Assembly: GCA_963767705.1 (NCBI GenBank)
Contig: CAVYEO010000002.1
Span: forward strand, 1,404,353 to 1,468,352
DNA length: 64,000 nucleotides
Reading direction: 5' to 3'
DNA from: an uncultured Acidobacteriaceae bacterium
GTDB lineage: Bacteria > Acidobacteriota > Terriglobia > Terriglobales > Acidobacteriaceae
In this document: one piece after another, positions 27,876 through 36,759 of the stretch
Numbering within the stretch: the stretch's first letter is position 1
How the letters are laid out: the number at the start of each line of letters is the position of its first letter
Notes under the pieces: model-generated
What the model was told of the DNA's origin: nothing
The model's database searches: none
What the model saw: only the letters and a program-made list of their open reading frames with translations
Program-made: the position numbers and the translations under genes

Positions 27876-29354
27876 TTATCGCCGTGGGCGCGGGGCGGAC
27901 GCGCCACCACTGTTGAGAAGGAGAACCGGCCGGATGGAGATTGGGACATTGCCGGAGGTGAGCGGCTGCGTGTTGCCGTCCAGATCGGCAAAGGAGGCGA
28001 AAGCTCCTTGACGGGGAAGGGCGTAGCTGGTCGCTGCCTGCGCGCTTCCATCGCTTCCAGACCAGACAAGGCGGCCAGAAGAGCCGTCTTGCCGTGCAAT
28101 GTCGCAGGTCCAGATATCGCCGGCATGGGTGCATCCATGCGGGAAGGTGGCGCCCTGGAGCCATGCTACGGTCTGCTTCCAGGCGGCACGCGCGGGAGTG
28201 GGGCCGAGCGGGATGTCAGGGTCGTTGGGGCAGCCGGCTTTGGAGGTCGGGTCACTGGTGCTCAACATGGTGCCCCAGCAGGGATTATCGTATTGAAACC
28301 ACAAAATTTCCTGGGTCCCGGTGCTGGCTAACGCGATCAGCCAGCGCGCCACAAAGGCCTGCCGCAGTCGCCAGGTCGCGGCGGAGTTGGGGTCCTTGCC
28401 GTCGATCATGGATGCGTTCGGGCCCCAACCGCCCTCTGTCTCCCAGATGGGCAGGTTGGCCGCCCAGGAATGGCTGCCCAGCGCAGAGCGGAGCACGCCG
28501 GTCTGTTTGATGATCGGGACCTGACAGAAGACGTTAGAAGCGCCCGAGCAGCGCGCATCGCCATTGGACTTCAGCGTCTCCGGAAACGGCGCCGGACGCA
28601 CGTTCGTGCGAGACGGATAGGAGTGGTAGGAGACGGCATCTGGAAGATGCGCTCCAGGGATGGCGTGCCAAGCATCGAGGAACTGGCCAAGCGCGACATC
28701 ATAGGCGCGGGCGGCGGGCCCGGCATGGTAGCCGTCGCCCCCGGCAGAGACGGAACCGCCGATGACGTAGCAGTCTCCGCAGTAGGCATGGATGATGGTC
28801 GAAGCATCGTTGGCCATCTTGGCCAGATCAGCGTAGCTGCCGCGCCAGTAACTGTCGCTGTTCATCTCGTTCCAGCTTTCGAAGTAACGGATATCGCAGC
28901 GCCCGCTCAGCGGGCTGGAAGGCTGCGCATTGGCGTGGCACACGTACTGCATGAGCTTGGTGACCCACTCCTTCCAGTAGCAGTCGCCATTGGGGCTGAC
29001 GGCGGAAATGGGTGCTTGGCATTTCTCGTTGGTGGCGTGGAGGTCGCTCGGCGGGTCCGCGAGATTGTTGGTGCCGGTGGCCCACTTCGGCACGGTGTTG
29101 AAGGTATAGACAAGCTGGGCGTGCTCCCGCTTCGCCGTCGCGATCCACTGGTTGAGGTTGCCGAAGGTCGGCGAGTAGGTACCCTGGGCAGTCTCAATGA
29201 GATACCAGCGCTCTCCGGCGTTGGTGCGGATAAAAGTGGGAGCCGGGTCCGGCCAGTGCGCATAGTGCAGGGTCATGAAGTTCATGCTGGGCGTCTGCGC
29301 GAGCGCGGGAAGGCTCAATGCGATGAAGAGTGCTGCCAGGTATCTCAGGAACAT
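27876..29354 (-). CDS. Secreted glycoside-hydrolase-like (TIM-barrel, clan GH-A-like) protein, tentative
   Basis: The start at ATG 29354 gives the signal peptide MFLRYLAALFIALSLPALAQ. The longer ORF would run through the tRNA gene. ESWNEMN and WETEGGWG resemble the acid/base and nucleophile blocks of clan-A glycosidases. Confidence 0.5.
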   Translation of the reverse strand: MFLRYLAALFIALSLPALAQTPSMNFMTLHYAHWPDPAPTFIRTNAGERWYLIETAQGTYSPTFGNLNQWIATAKREHAQLVYTFNTVPKWATGTNNLADPPSDLHATNEKCQAPISAVSPNGDCYWKEWVTKLMQYVCHANAQPSSPLSGRCDIRYFESWNEMNSDSYWRGSYADLAKMANDASTIIHAYCGDCYVIGGSVSAGGDGYHAGPAARAYDVALGQFLDAWHAIPGAHLPDAVSYHSYPSRTNVRPAPFPETLKSNGDARCSGASNVFCQVPIIKQTGVLRSALGSHSWAANLPIWETEGGWGPNASMIDGKDPNSAATWRLRQAFVARWLIALASTGTQEILWFQYDNPCWGTMLSTSDPTSKAGCPNDPDIPLGPTPARAAWKQTVAWLQGATFPHGCTHAGDIWTCDIARQDGSSGRLVWSGSDGSAQAATSYALPRQGAFASFADLDGNTQPLTSGNVPISIRPVLLLNSGGASAPRPRR

Positions 29355-29525
29355 GGTGGGGATAGATGCGTCTTCCATGAAAACGTGGTCTGGATTGGAA
29401 AGTTGCGGCGACGCTTGAGCGAGTTTCGTATTCGCCCATTTGGACCGCTGCCCATTTTCAAGCCTAAGCGAAAGTGCTTGGTACACTAGGAACGAGCCGG
29501 CCCACAGAGCCGGCTCGTTCCTTAA

Positions 29526-29601
<76 letters not shown>

Positions 29602-29646
29602 TCTAAACCACTGATAATAAGCGCATTAGACGTAAATCAGGAAACC

Positions 29647-30716
29647 TTAGTGGTTGCCTGATTTACGTTTAGTGGCTGTTCTGGTGGCTGTTGGACGAGA
29701 CCGTGGCTGTTCCGTCACCAGGACCTCTACCGCACTTAACTGGTGCTCAGGTGCGAGATGTGCATAACGTGCAGTCATCTGTATCGTCTTATGGCCAGCG
29801 AGTTCCTGAACCTGCTTGAGATGAACCCCAGCCACCACCAACCTGCTGACGAAGGTGTGGCGCAAGGTATGCCAGGTTACGCCTTCGACACCAGACCTTC
29901 TCAGTGCTTTTTCAAACCATGCACGCGGGGTCTGCAGCGGCTCACCATACTTCGACCGGAATACGTGGCCCGAATCGGCTTGAATCCGCTTAAGTGCGGC
30001 CATTGCCGTGCTGTTTAGGGGGACAGCGCGCCGAGAACCATTCTTTGTCATATTCAGCATGATCTGGCATCGTTCTAGGTGGACCTGATCCCACGTGAGT
30101 GAAAACTGCTCACCTAACCTCATTCCAGTGTGCAAGGCAAGATCGAAGGCAGGTTCATGGTATGGGACATGTTTCTGGATAGCGGTGCGGATTGACGCCT
30201 CCTCTGCTTTTGTCAGGAAACGCAGCCGGGCATTGTTTTCATGCCGCATTCGGACCAGCCGAGCAGGATTGCCGGCGACATTGCCGTTCCGGAGTGCCTC
30301 TCGATAAATCATCGAAAGACAAGCTCGGTAGCGGTTGGCTGTCGCTGGTGTCCGGGTTTGTGCGATTAGCCATGCATCGATCTCAGCGGGCTTGATTGAA
30401 TCAGCAGCTCGAGCGCCAAAAGCTGCGATCAGCTTCGGATCTTGATCTCGTCCGCTTTATGGGCCCGCTTGTGTGCCTTTGACCAAAGAAGGGCAGCCTG
30501 CGCAATGCTAGTGAATGAAACCGGCTTCGCCCGCAAATTGTCCGGGAGCTTGATGCCTGCGCGGGCGTCAACTTTCCTCTTCTGGTAGAGAGCGATGGCA
30601 TCGGACTTGCGCCCCACCTTCTCACGCCGCCGTTTGCCGTCGAAATAATAGTGGACCCACCAGATTCCTGATCCGGGCGGTCGTTCGAAGACCCCGCGTG
30701 TGCTGCGTTTTGTCAT
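29647..30716 (-). pseudogene. Tyrosine-type integrase, interrupted by one frameshift near 30,435
   Basis: The N-terminal arm-binding part (MTKRSTRGVFERPPGSGIWWVHYYFDGKRRREKVG) is ORF 30429-30716. A different frame then continues with DQDPKLIAAFGARAADSIKPAEIDAWL...NRYRACLSMIYREAL and the catalytic C-domain (R...HTLRHTFVSRLVVAGVHLKQVQELAGHKTIQMTARYAHL). The total span of 1070 nt is not a multiple of 3. Confidence 0.8.
29672..29711. repeat. Three GTGGCTGTT cores (29672-29680, 29684-29692, 29703-29711) at the left island end
   Basis: Read directly from the sequence. The first two cores are 12 nt apart. They lie in the 3' tail of the integrase ORF (encoding TATRTAT). The reverse complement matches the 63409-63432 repeat. 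Confidence 0.85.
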
Positions 30717-30771
30717 GTGCGCTCCTCCTTCATGTGGACCATACCCGTTGCGGACGAAAACGGCCAGCGTA

Positions 30772-30969
30772 TCAGCAGGCTATCCGTTCCGTCTGATCCG
30801 CCCGGATGAAGCGCGTCAACTCGGTGCGGGGTATCAGGACCTTGGAGCCGATCCTGCGCGTAGCGAGGCGCTTCTGCGCAATGAGGTAATCCAGGCTGCG
30901 CAAAGAAATACTCAAGGTCTTCGCGGCATCCCGCCGCGTGTACAACAGTCGTTCAATGGTTTCTGCCAT
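30772..30969 (-). CDS. Excisionase/AlpA-type HTH DNA-binding protein
   Basis: MAETIERLLYTRRDAAKTLSISLRSLDYLIAQKRLATRRIGSKVLIPRTEL is the typical helix-turn-helix_17/MerR-like excisionase pattern. It lies next to the integrase. Confidence 0.6.
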   Translation of the reverse strand: MAETIERLLYTRRDAAKTLSISLRSLDYLIAQKRLATRRIGSKVLIPRTELTRFIRADQTERIAC

Positions 30970-31304
30970 GACCTGCTCCGTTCTGCATCCCCGTTCATCG
31001 GGGTGCATGAACATCATGGCTTGACAGTGGCGGAAGCACCATCAGGCAAACACCCTAGACGCTGGCTTTATTTGCAAGAAATACAATGTGCATCCTCGCC
31101 CAGGGGATGACTGTCCGCGTCCAGAAGCTGCCGCCAGGCAGGGAGGGCAACGACCATTGTGCCCGGGAGCCCGACCGTAACCTACTGGCGGTCAAATAGC
31201 TCGAACGCGGTCCATTGCGCCATACGAAGCGTGGATGGGAAGGGAGGCACCGAAGTGCCTGCACGCGCCAATCCGGGCGGTGCAGGAAATCGTACATATT
31301 CAAC

Positions 31305-31784
31305 TTGATTGCGACCCTGGAATCCAAGACGGGGCTGCTGGACAAACCCGAGGTCGCCGAATTGCTCGGCGTATCCGTCACGACCGTTTACCGGGTGTCG
31401 AGCCGGAAGCAGTTGCCATCCATCACCCTGGGCGGCAAGAAGAAGTACGATCCCTCCGCCCTCGCCATGATGTTCTGCGGTGCCATCAAGCGCCAATGTG
31501 AGACGCCTGCCCCAGAAACTCACTGCTGGGGCGGTGTAGGTGCAAGAGGGGCGCGGGGTAAGAAGGAGTGGGTAGGGGCGAATGCTAGAAGTGGCGGGGC
31601 GGTGGGCAGAGGGGGCTTGTTCCAGTCCAGATGCCCCGGCTTTCCTGGGGCGAGCGGGTCCAGGAACGGTCTCGAAGAGGGCCAGGTTCAGAAGTATATG
31701 AGTACGCCTCGAGCGCAGTGTAGGTGGAGAACCGACCAATTCCTGTCCTTTTTCATCATGTTGGGGAGGAAAATCCTATACTAG
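31305..31784 (+). CDS. Second AlpA/Xis-type HTH ORF; the 3' part runs into the inverted-repeat arm, so the true extent is doubtful
   Basis: LLDKPEVAELLGVSVTTVYRVSSRKQLPSITLGGKKKYDPSAL is an excisionase-type HTH. There is no ATG, so the candidate TTG at 31305 is used. The reading frame continues without recognisable features across the repeat boundary at about 31,585. Confidence 0.3.
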   Translation: MIATLESKTGLLDKPEVAELLGVSVTTVYRVSSRKQLPSITLGGKKKYDPSALAMMFCGAIKRQCETPAPETHCWGGVGARGARGKKEWVGANARSGGAVGRGGLFQSRCPGFPGASGSRNGLEEGQVQKYMSTPRAQCRWRTDQFLSFFIMLGRKILY

Positions 31785-32207
31785 AGCGGCGATTGCCGGC
31801 CCGTTCTGTGCACTAAGTGCCAGTGCTACGTAGGGAATTCAATGTCCCCTCGTAAACGCGTGCAATCTCCAGAGCAAAACCCCCTGCCACAGATGCGGTT
31901 ACAGAAGTTCCTTCTTTCCGGGGCCGGTTTTTCCATCTCCTGAACGGGCGGGAGATGGGCCTGGAAGAGGACGGAAATGGCTGCCAGGAAAACAGCGTGA
32001 CTGGAGGTGAGTAAGAGCCAGCGGTCAGCCCGGTCCTGGCTGAGGGCAGAGATCGGATTCGGCCAGGAGGGCAGCGCTGAAGTGCGTCAGTCAGCCCGGC
32101 AAACGCAGCAGCCGTATCGAGAAACGCGAGTAACACGCTGGAAGCGAGCAACGGAGAAGAAGGCATGTTGGCGAAGAGTGCAGTGGTCGGCCAAGATGCA
32201 CTTGTGT

Positions 32208-32770
32208 CTAGCGGTCCGGCGCGCGCGCGCGAGGGCTTTGCTGGGCCGCGGTCACGGAGAGACCTGGTCTGAACACGCTGCGCGCCGGCATGGTGAACTC
32301 GTTCGGGCGGATCTTGACGTTGCGAGCAATGGCGATCGCCTGACCTTCGTTGAGGATACCGAAACCGTAGGTCTCTTCCATCGACATGTTGTTGATGTTC
32401 AGGTTGCCGTCTTCCCAGCTCTTGACGTGCGGATCTTCCTGCACGATCAGGGCGCCGAGGTTCTTGCTGTTGAACATCAGGACATCAGTGGTCTTGGTCT
32501 CGGGATCGAAGTTGATGAAGGGGCTGACCAGAATGCGGAACGGGATGCCCAGGTAATTCGGGAGCATCGGCGCGGAGTGCATGTTCTGGTAGTTGCCGGA
32601 CTCAGGCGTCGAAACTTCGCCGCCGGTGAGCTGGCCATTCGTATACTGCCCGAGCTGGCCCTGGCCCATACCGAGGCCACCGTAGTTGTAGAACTGGTTG
32701 CCCAGAGCGGCGGGGCTGCCAGTGAAGTTGGCGAAGAAGGAAGCCGGGTCCGGGCCGGTATAAGTAAATA
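32208..32770 (-). pseudogene. 3' fragment of a larger gene (possibly HK97-fold capsid-like; family not verified)
   Basis: The reading frame is open from a TGA at the junction at about 32,770 (…YTGPDPASFFANFTGSPAALGNQFYNYGGLGMGQGQL…) with no start context. The C-terminal text is DVLMFNSKNLGALIVQEDPHVKSWEDGNLNINNMSMEETYGFGILNEGQAIAIARNVKI. An identical truncation is present in the other arm. Confidence 0.35.
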
Positions 32771-32807
32771 CTCATCACATTTTCGTGCAAGGGGGGCGAT
32801 TTTGGTC

Positions 32808-32836
32808 TTGGGCGGCCGGAAGCTCTCAACTATAAT
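32808..32836 (+). promoter_or_regulatory. Sigma-70-like promoter (TTGGGC - 17 nt - TATAAT) driving the HTH-RHH-recombinase module; probably a leaderless transcript
   Basis: TTGGGC is at 32808-32813 and TATAAT at 32831-32836, with a 17-nt spacer. The ATG of the HTH gene is only 6 nt after the -10 box. A mirror copy lies at 41961-41989. Confidence 0.4.
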
Positions 32837-32842
32837 GAGTAG

Positions 32843-33133
32843 ATGAGTACGTATATCGATATGCCCCATCTGCCCCCTTCGCCTCCCCACTTCCACTTCT
32901 CCCGGCTCCTGGCCTTCTATGTCGAGCGCCGCCGCGGCAATCTCAACCTCACCGCCGAAGCCGCCGCCCGGCTGGCCGGCATGGAGCTGTCCCAGTGGGA
33001 TGCCCTCGAGAGCGGCTGGGTCCCGGAGGACCCGGCCCAGCTCCGCGCCATCGCCGCCGTGCTCGAGAACTCGGAGGAGGATATCGTCTCGATCGCCGTC
33101 ACCACCCGCCACTACCAGGGGCCGCCGGCCTGA
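32843..33133 (+). CDS. XRE/Cro-like HTH protein (copy 1)
   Basis: 96 aa. LLAFYVERRRGNLNLTAEAAARLAGMELSQWDALESG resembles a Cro/C1-type HTH. It is the first gene behind the promoter and is duplicated in the other arm. Confidence 0.55.
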   Translation: MSTYIDMPHLPPSPPHFHFSRLLAFYVERRRGNLNLTAEAAARLAGMELSQWDALESGWVPEDPAQLRAIAAVLENSEEDIVSIAVTTRHYQGPPA

Positions 33134-33246
33134 CCGGCCGGCTGGCCACCTTACTCATATATAGATAAGCTCACCTCTTGAGGAGGTGAGCCATCGTCCC
33201 AGCCAGGAAACGAACTCCGGAACCGGAAGAACCAAGGGTGAAACGC

Positions 33247-33393
33247 ATGAACCTGAACGTCGAAGTCGAGCTCCACAACGCCTTCAAGGTCGCCACTGCC
33301 AGCCAGGGCAAGAACATGACCGATGTCCTGCTTGAGTTCATCGAGCAGTTCGTCCGGGAGAACTACCCCAAGGGCCTGAAGCGGGGACGGTGA
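33247..33393 (+). CDS. Small ribbon-helix-helix (CopG/Arc/ParG-like) protein (copy 1)
   Basis: 48-codon ORF not listed in the track: MNLNVEVELHNAFKVATASQGKNMTDVLLEFIEQFVRENYPKGLKRGR, a beta-strand followed by two helices. Its TGA overlaps the recombinase ATG (TGATG). Confidence 0.5.
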   Translation: MNLNVEVELHNAFKVATASQGKNMTDVLLEFIEQFVRENYPKGLKRGR

Positions 33394-33989
33394 TGAAGCG
33401 CGCCGTGCTTTACCTCAGGGTCTCGACCGTAGACCAGCATCCCGAGACCCAGATGTACGACCTCCGCCAGATGGCTTCGCAGCGCGGCTTCGAGATCGTG
33501 CGCGAGTACTCCGACACCATCTCGGGGGCGAAGGCGAAGCGGCCCGGGCTCGACCAGCTCATGGCCGACGCCCGCAAGCACCGCTTCGAAGTGGTCCTGG
33601 TCTGGGCCTTCGACCGGATGGCCCGCTCGGTTCGGCACTTCCTTGAGATCCTGGACGAACTCAACCACCTGTCGATCGAGTTCGTCAGCTTCCGCGAGAA
33701 CATCGACACCGGCGGGCCGCTCGGCCGGGCCATGGTGGTCATCGTCGGCGCCATCGCCGAGCTTGAACGCAGCCTGATCGTCGAACGGGTCCGGGCCGGC
33801 ATGCGCCGGGCTCGGCTCGAAGGCCGCCACATCGGACGCAAGCCGGTCGACATCGACCGCGGTCGTGTGCTCCGGGACCGGGCCTCCGGCATGAGCCTGA
33901 GTGAGTTGGCCAAGCTCCACCGCGTCTCCCGGGCCACCATCCACCGGGTCCTGCGCGACCAGAACCCTCCAGTTCCCAAACTGGCCTGA
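33393..33989 (+). CDS. Small serine recombinase (resolvase/invertase family), copy 1
   Basis: AVLYLRVSTVDQ (catalytic Ser context), GAKAKRPGLDQLM, FEVVLVWAFDRMARS, GGPLGRAMVVIVGAIAELERSLIVERV and a C-terminal HTH (MSLSELAKLHRVSRATIHRVL). Confidence 0.9.
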   Translation: MKRAVLYLRVSTVDQHPETQMYDLRQMASQRGFEIVREYSDTISGAKAKRPGLDQLMADARKHRFEVVLVWAFDRMARSVRHFLEILDELNHLSIEFVSFRENIDTGGPLGRAMVVIVGAIAELERSLIVERVRAGMRRARLEGRHIGRKPVDIDRGRVLRDRASGMSLSELAKLHRVSRATIHRVLRDQNPPVPKLA

Positions 33990-34040
33990 CCCCTGTTTCA
34001 AAAGGGCTGCCAAAAGCTGGCCCCTAACTCCCCCGAAATC

Positions 34041-34068
34041 AACAGCCGGATCTCACCATCCGGCTGTT
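34041..34068. repeat. 28-bp perfect palindrome AACAGCCGGAT-CTCACC-ATCCGGCTGTT (candidate recombinase site or terminator), copy 1
   Basis: Read directly: 11-nt half-sites with a 6-nt centre, 52 nt after the recombinase stop and 23 nt before the end of arm identity. The mirror copy is at 40729-40756. Confidence 0.45.
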
Positions 34069-34468
34069 CCTAAAGGTGTGGGTTCGGATCCACAACAGAA
34101 TTACCAGGGTCACAGCCCATTACATGAGTGCTGGCAAGGTGATTTCCACCACAATTTGCGTACCCTTCGCCGTTGTAGGTACATAGCCATAGTCACTGGG
34201 ATCGTACTGAGTGCAATCTTGCGCCCCTAGTCGTTTGAAGATGGATTTAGAGAGATTTCGCACAAACGCAGCCGCTTTTAGACTGTACTCGGGAAGGGTC
34301 CAGGTAAAGACCGGTCGCATGTTTCCTAGTGCGTCCTTATATTTGGATCGACCGTAACCTTATTCGAAAGCTACGCAGGAAGGTCAATCATGTATGCCAA
34401 GAGCAAGTGCCGGGAGATGCGTCGGATGAGTTCCTCTCGCAAGTCGCGGCCGAACTTATGCAGGTCAT

Positions 34469-35710
34469 TCACACGGTGGACACGTCCGTGCTGGGCGCAC
34501 CTGTGGCCCAACCCCAACGATCTTTATGAATGTCCGCGGCGAGCGAGGCCATGTTCTGACGAAATTTCCCGGCCCGAAATCCACAACTTCCCGAGGTGCA
34601 TGAGATGCCTCTCCCCACGCCAGCATCTTTCGGCAGCAGAGCCCAAGAAAGCAGGTAGGGATCATCCATCAGGTGCAGCCGAAAAGCCTGTTCACCGGAT
34701 GGCCTGTTTGTTCTCTAGAGGCTAACATCAACCTCGCATTTTCTACCGCATTAGCTGCCAAGATAAAGCCGCCCCCGGAACCGAAATGTCTGATGAGCAG
34801 GAGTATCGAGCTTTTGATAAACCCTGGCCTCAATTTCACTGGCAGCACCCGTGACCGAGTCAAAATGAACGTAGCTGGCAACGGCTTGGATACCAAATCT
34901 GCGCCTCCCGTAAAATGGCTTGGACGAGTGTCTTACGCGCGTCGTAGCGAGCCTGCACCGGACACAGCGGTACGCAATTGGTGTTGCCCTGGCAGCGTTT
35001 CTCCGGATTCGTCCTGATGGAAGCTGATTGCGCCTCCTGGTCGATACGGCTTGTTCCCGTCCCATTCGTTCCATTTCGCATAGTAGGGTTAGGATCAGCA
35101 TTCTTGGCCTGCGGAAACGTACTCAAGCTCACCGGCAATTCCGCTCCATCGATGCGCATGAACATCCCCGCCATGCCTTCGCCCAAAATGTGCCTGGATA
35201 GCTGGCTTTCAGCTGATCACCGGATAAACGTACTCTTCGTCGAACTCCATACCCATTTTCTTGTGTGAAGAGACGTTCCAGAGACACCGAGCTCATATTC
35301 TGCACCACGATAGTAAGGCTTCAAGGTGTCGAGAGTGATGGCCAATCCAGACCTTGGCCGAAGTTGCTGCGCATTTGGAAGTCTTCACGCAACATGCGAG
35401 GAGTTTTTGCTTCCCAATGCACTGTCGTGTCACCAAGCACCTTGCTGTAAACGCTGTCCGAGATAAAGGGACCGTTCTGCACGATGCAGGCGCCGGTATA
35501 CGGTCGTGGACTGATTGGCCCAGTATGATTGTCTGGCGATCGCGGCCTCTCAGCATTCGGATTTCGCAGGATGGTGAGTTGTTGTCCTTGACCGGTGCGG
35601 AATAAGAAATTCCTCAGATAATGCTGGAAACCATTTTGAGAACAGTCGCGATCAGGCCCGGCTTCCAATACCAAGACTCGGTATCCAGCCAAAGCAAATT
35701 CCTTCGTCAT
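34469..35710 (-). pseudogene. GMC-family oxidoreductase, 5'-truncated and multiply frameshifted (3' boundary uncertain)
   Basis: Fragments lie in different frames: FALAGYRVLVLEAGP...TTVHWEAKTPRMLREDFQMRSNFGQGLDWP (35321-35710), CQGNTNCVPLCPVQARYDA (34860-35186) and ILAANAVENARLML (34669-34896). The dinucleotide-binding N-terminus is missing where the IS fragment abuts at 35710/35711. Confidence 0.65.
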
Positions 35711-36197
35711 TCGAGGAAGATCACAGGGACGGGCGCAAGCGCAAGGTAGTAGGTCATCGGAATGCTGGAACGGTGCGGCAAGGTCAAGGCAACCGTTGTA
35801 CCGGACAGGTCAAAGGAGACACTGCAAGGCAACATAGTCAAGAATATCGCGGCCAGCGCGGACGTCTTCACCGACGACCTACTAGCCTACTGCGGCCTTC
35901 ACGAGAGCATACAAACATCAGGTCATCAACCCATGCTGAAGAATATGTCCGTGGGCAAGGTTCACACAAACGGGATGGAGAATTTCTGGAGCCTACTGAA
36001 GCGCGGCCTGACTGGGACGTACATCAAAGCCGAACCCTTCCACCTCTTCCGCTACATCGACGAACAGGCTCCCCGCTACAACAGCCGTAAAGGGATGAGG
36101 GATGAAGGATGCAGACCGCTTCGATCTCTCCATCGAGCAAGCGGTTGGTCGGCGGCTCACTTACAAGGAACTGACGGGCAAAACGGAGGTAGAATAA
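35711..36197 (+). pseudogene. IS1595-family transposase, C-terminal half, with at least 3 frameshifts
   Basis: Read across frames: RKRKVV / GMLERCGKVKATVVPDRSKETLQ...VFTDD / HAEEYVRG / KVHTNGMENFWSLLKRGLTGTY...FRYIDE / DADRFDLSIEQAVGRRLTYKELTG, with the stop at 36195-36197. This is the DDE_Tnp_IS1595 pattern. Confidence 0.7.
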
Positions 36198-36759
36198 CAA
36201 TCGCCACCCAAGAGGTAGTAGCTCAAGGGTGGCAAAATCTAAGTGCAAAGAAGATAACAATGTCAAAAAATATTAAACTTAATGACACACTTACAAGGCT
36301 GACGGGCTATATGAAAGTGGCGATACTGGCTCTCAGACTGGCAACAGGCTTGAAAGCTTTATTCATCTGAGTTCCGTACTCCCTTTCCAGCATCCCTCTA
36401 GCGGCCATTCACGCCGTTAGGGGGATTTCTTTTGTAGTAGCGCTTGCCCTTCTTTGCCTTCTTTGCTGCCGCCAATCGTCTGTCCAACTCCTCTTTGGGT
36501 ACGGACATGATCTTGTCCCTAGCCTTGTCGAACGTCTCGAACTCCTCAGACGGTTCTGAGGCTGCGCTCACGGTCGGTCGGACTAAGGTTTTCATGTAGC
36601 ACACACTAGACTATGACATGGATTATTTTACGCTGTCGGGCGATAAGGGCCGCGTAGAGGGGCTGTCTAGCCGACTTGGCTGACCTCCAAAGCCGCCAAG
36701 ATTTCTGATATTCATGTTCAGAAGCCGTAAAACCTCCCACAGACGAGGTAGACCGCGCA

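Larger units (their letters stand above)
31585..34091. repeat. Left arm of a 2.5-kb inverted repeat (IR-L)
   Basis: It maps onto 40705-43210 by x -> 74797 - x. The 199-aa recombinase ORFs are identical. The HTH ORFs differ by one residue (MSTYIDM versus MSTHIDM). There are two compensating 1-nt indels near 32,200-32,225. Boundaries were found by direct comparison of both strands. Confidence 0.9.

Noticed and set aside
33363-34013. A 216-aa ORF antisense to the serine recombinase (mirror copy at 40784-41434), and the 279-aa ORF 32007-32846 antisense to the truncated gene fragment.
   Set aside because: These are shadow ORFs. The recombinase frame has unmistakable catalytic and HTH motifs, and the antisense text is low-complexity (G/P/A/D/V-rich).
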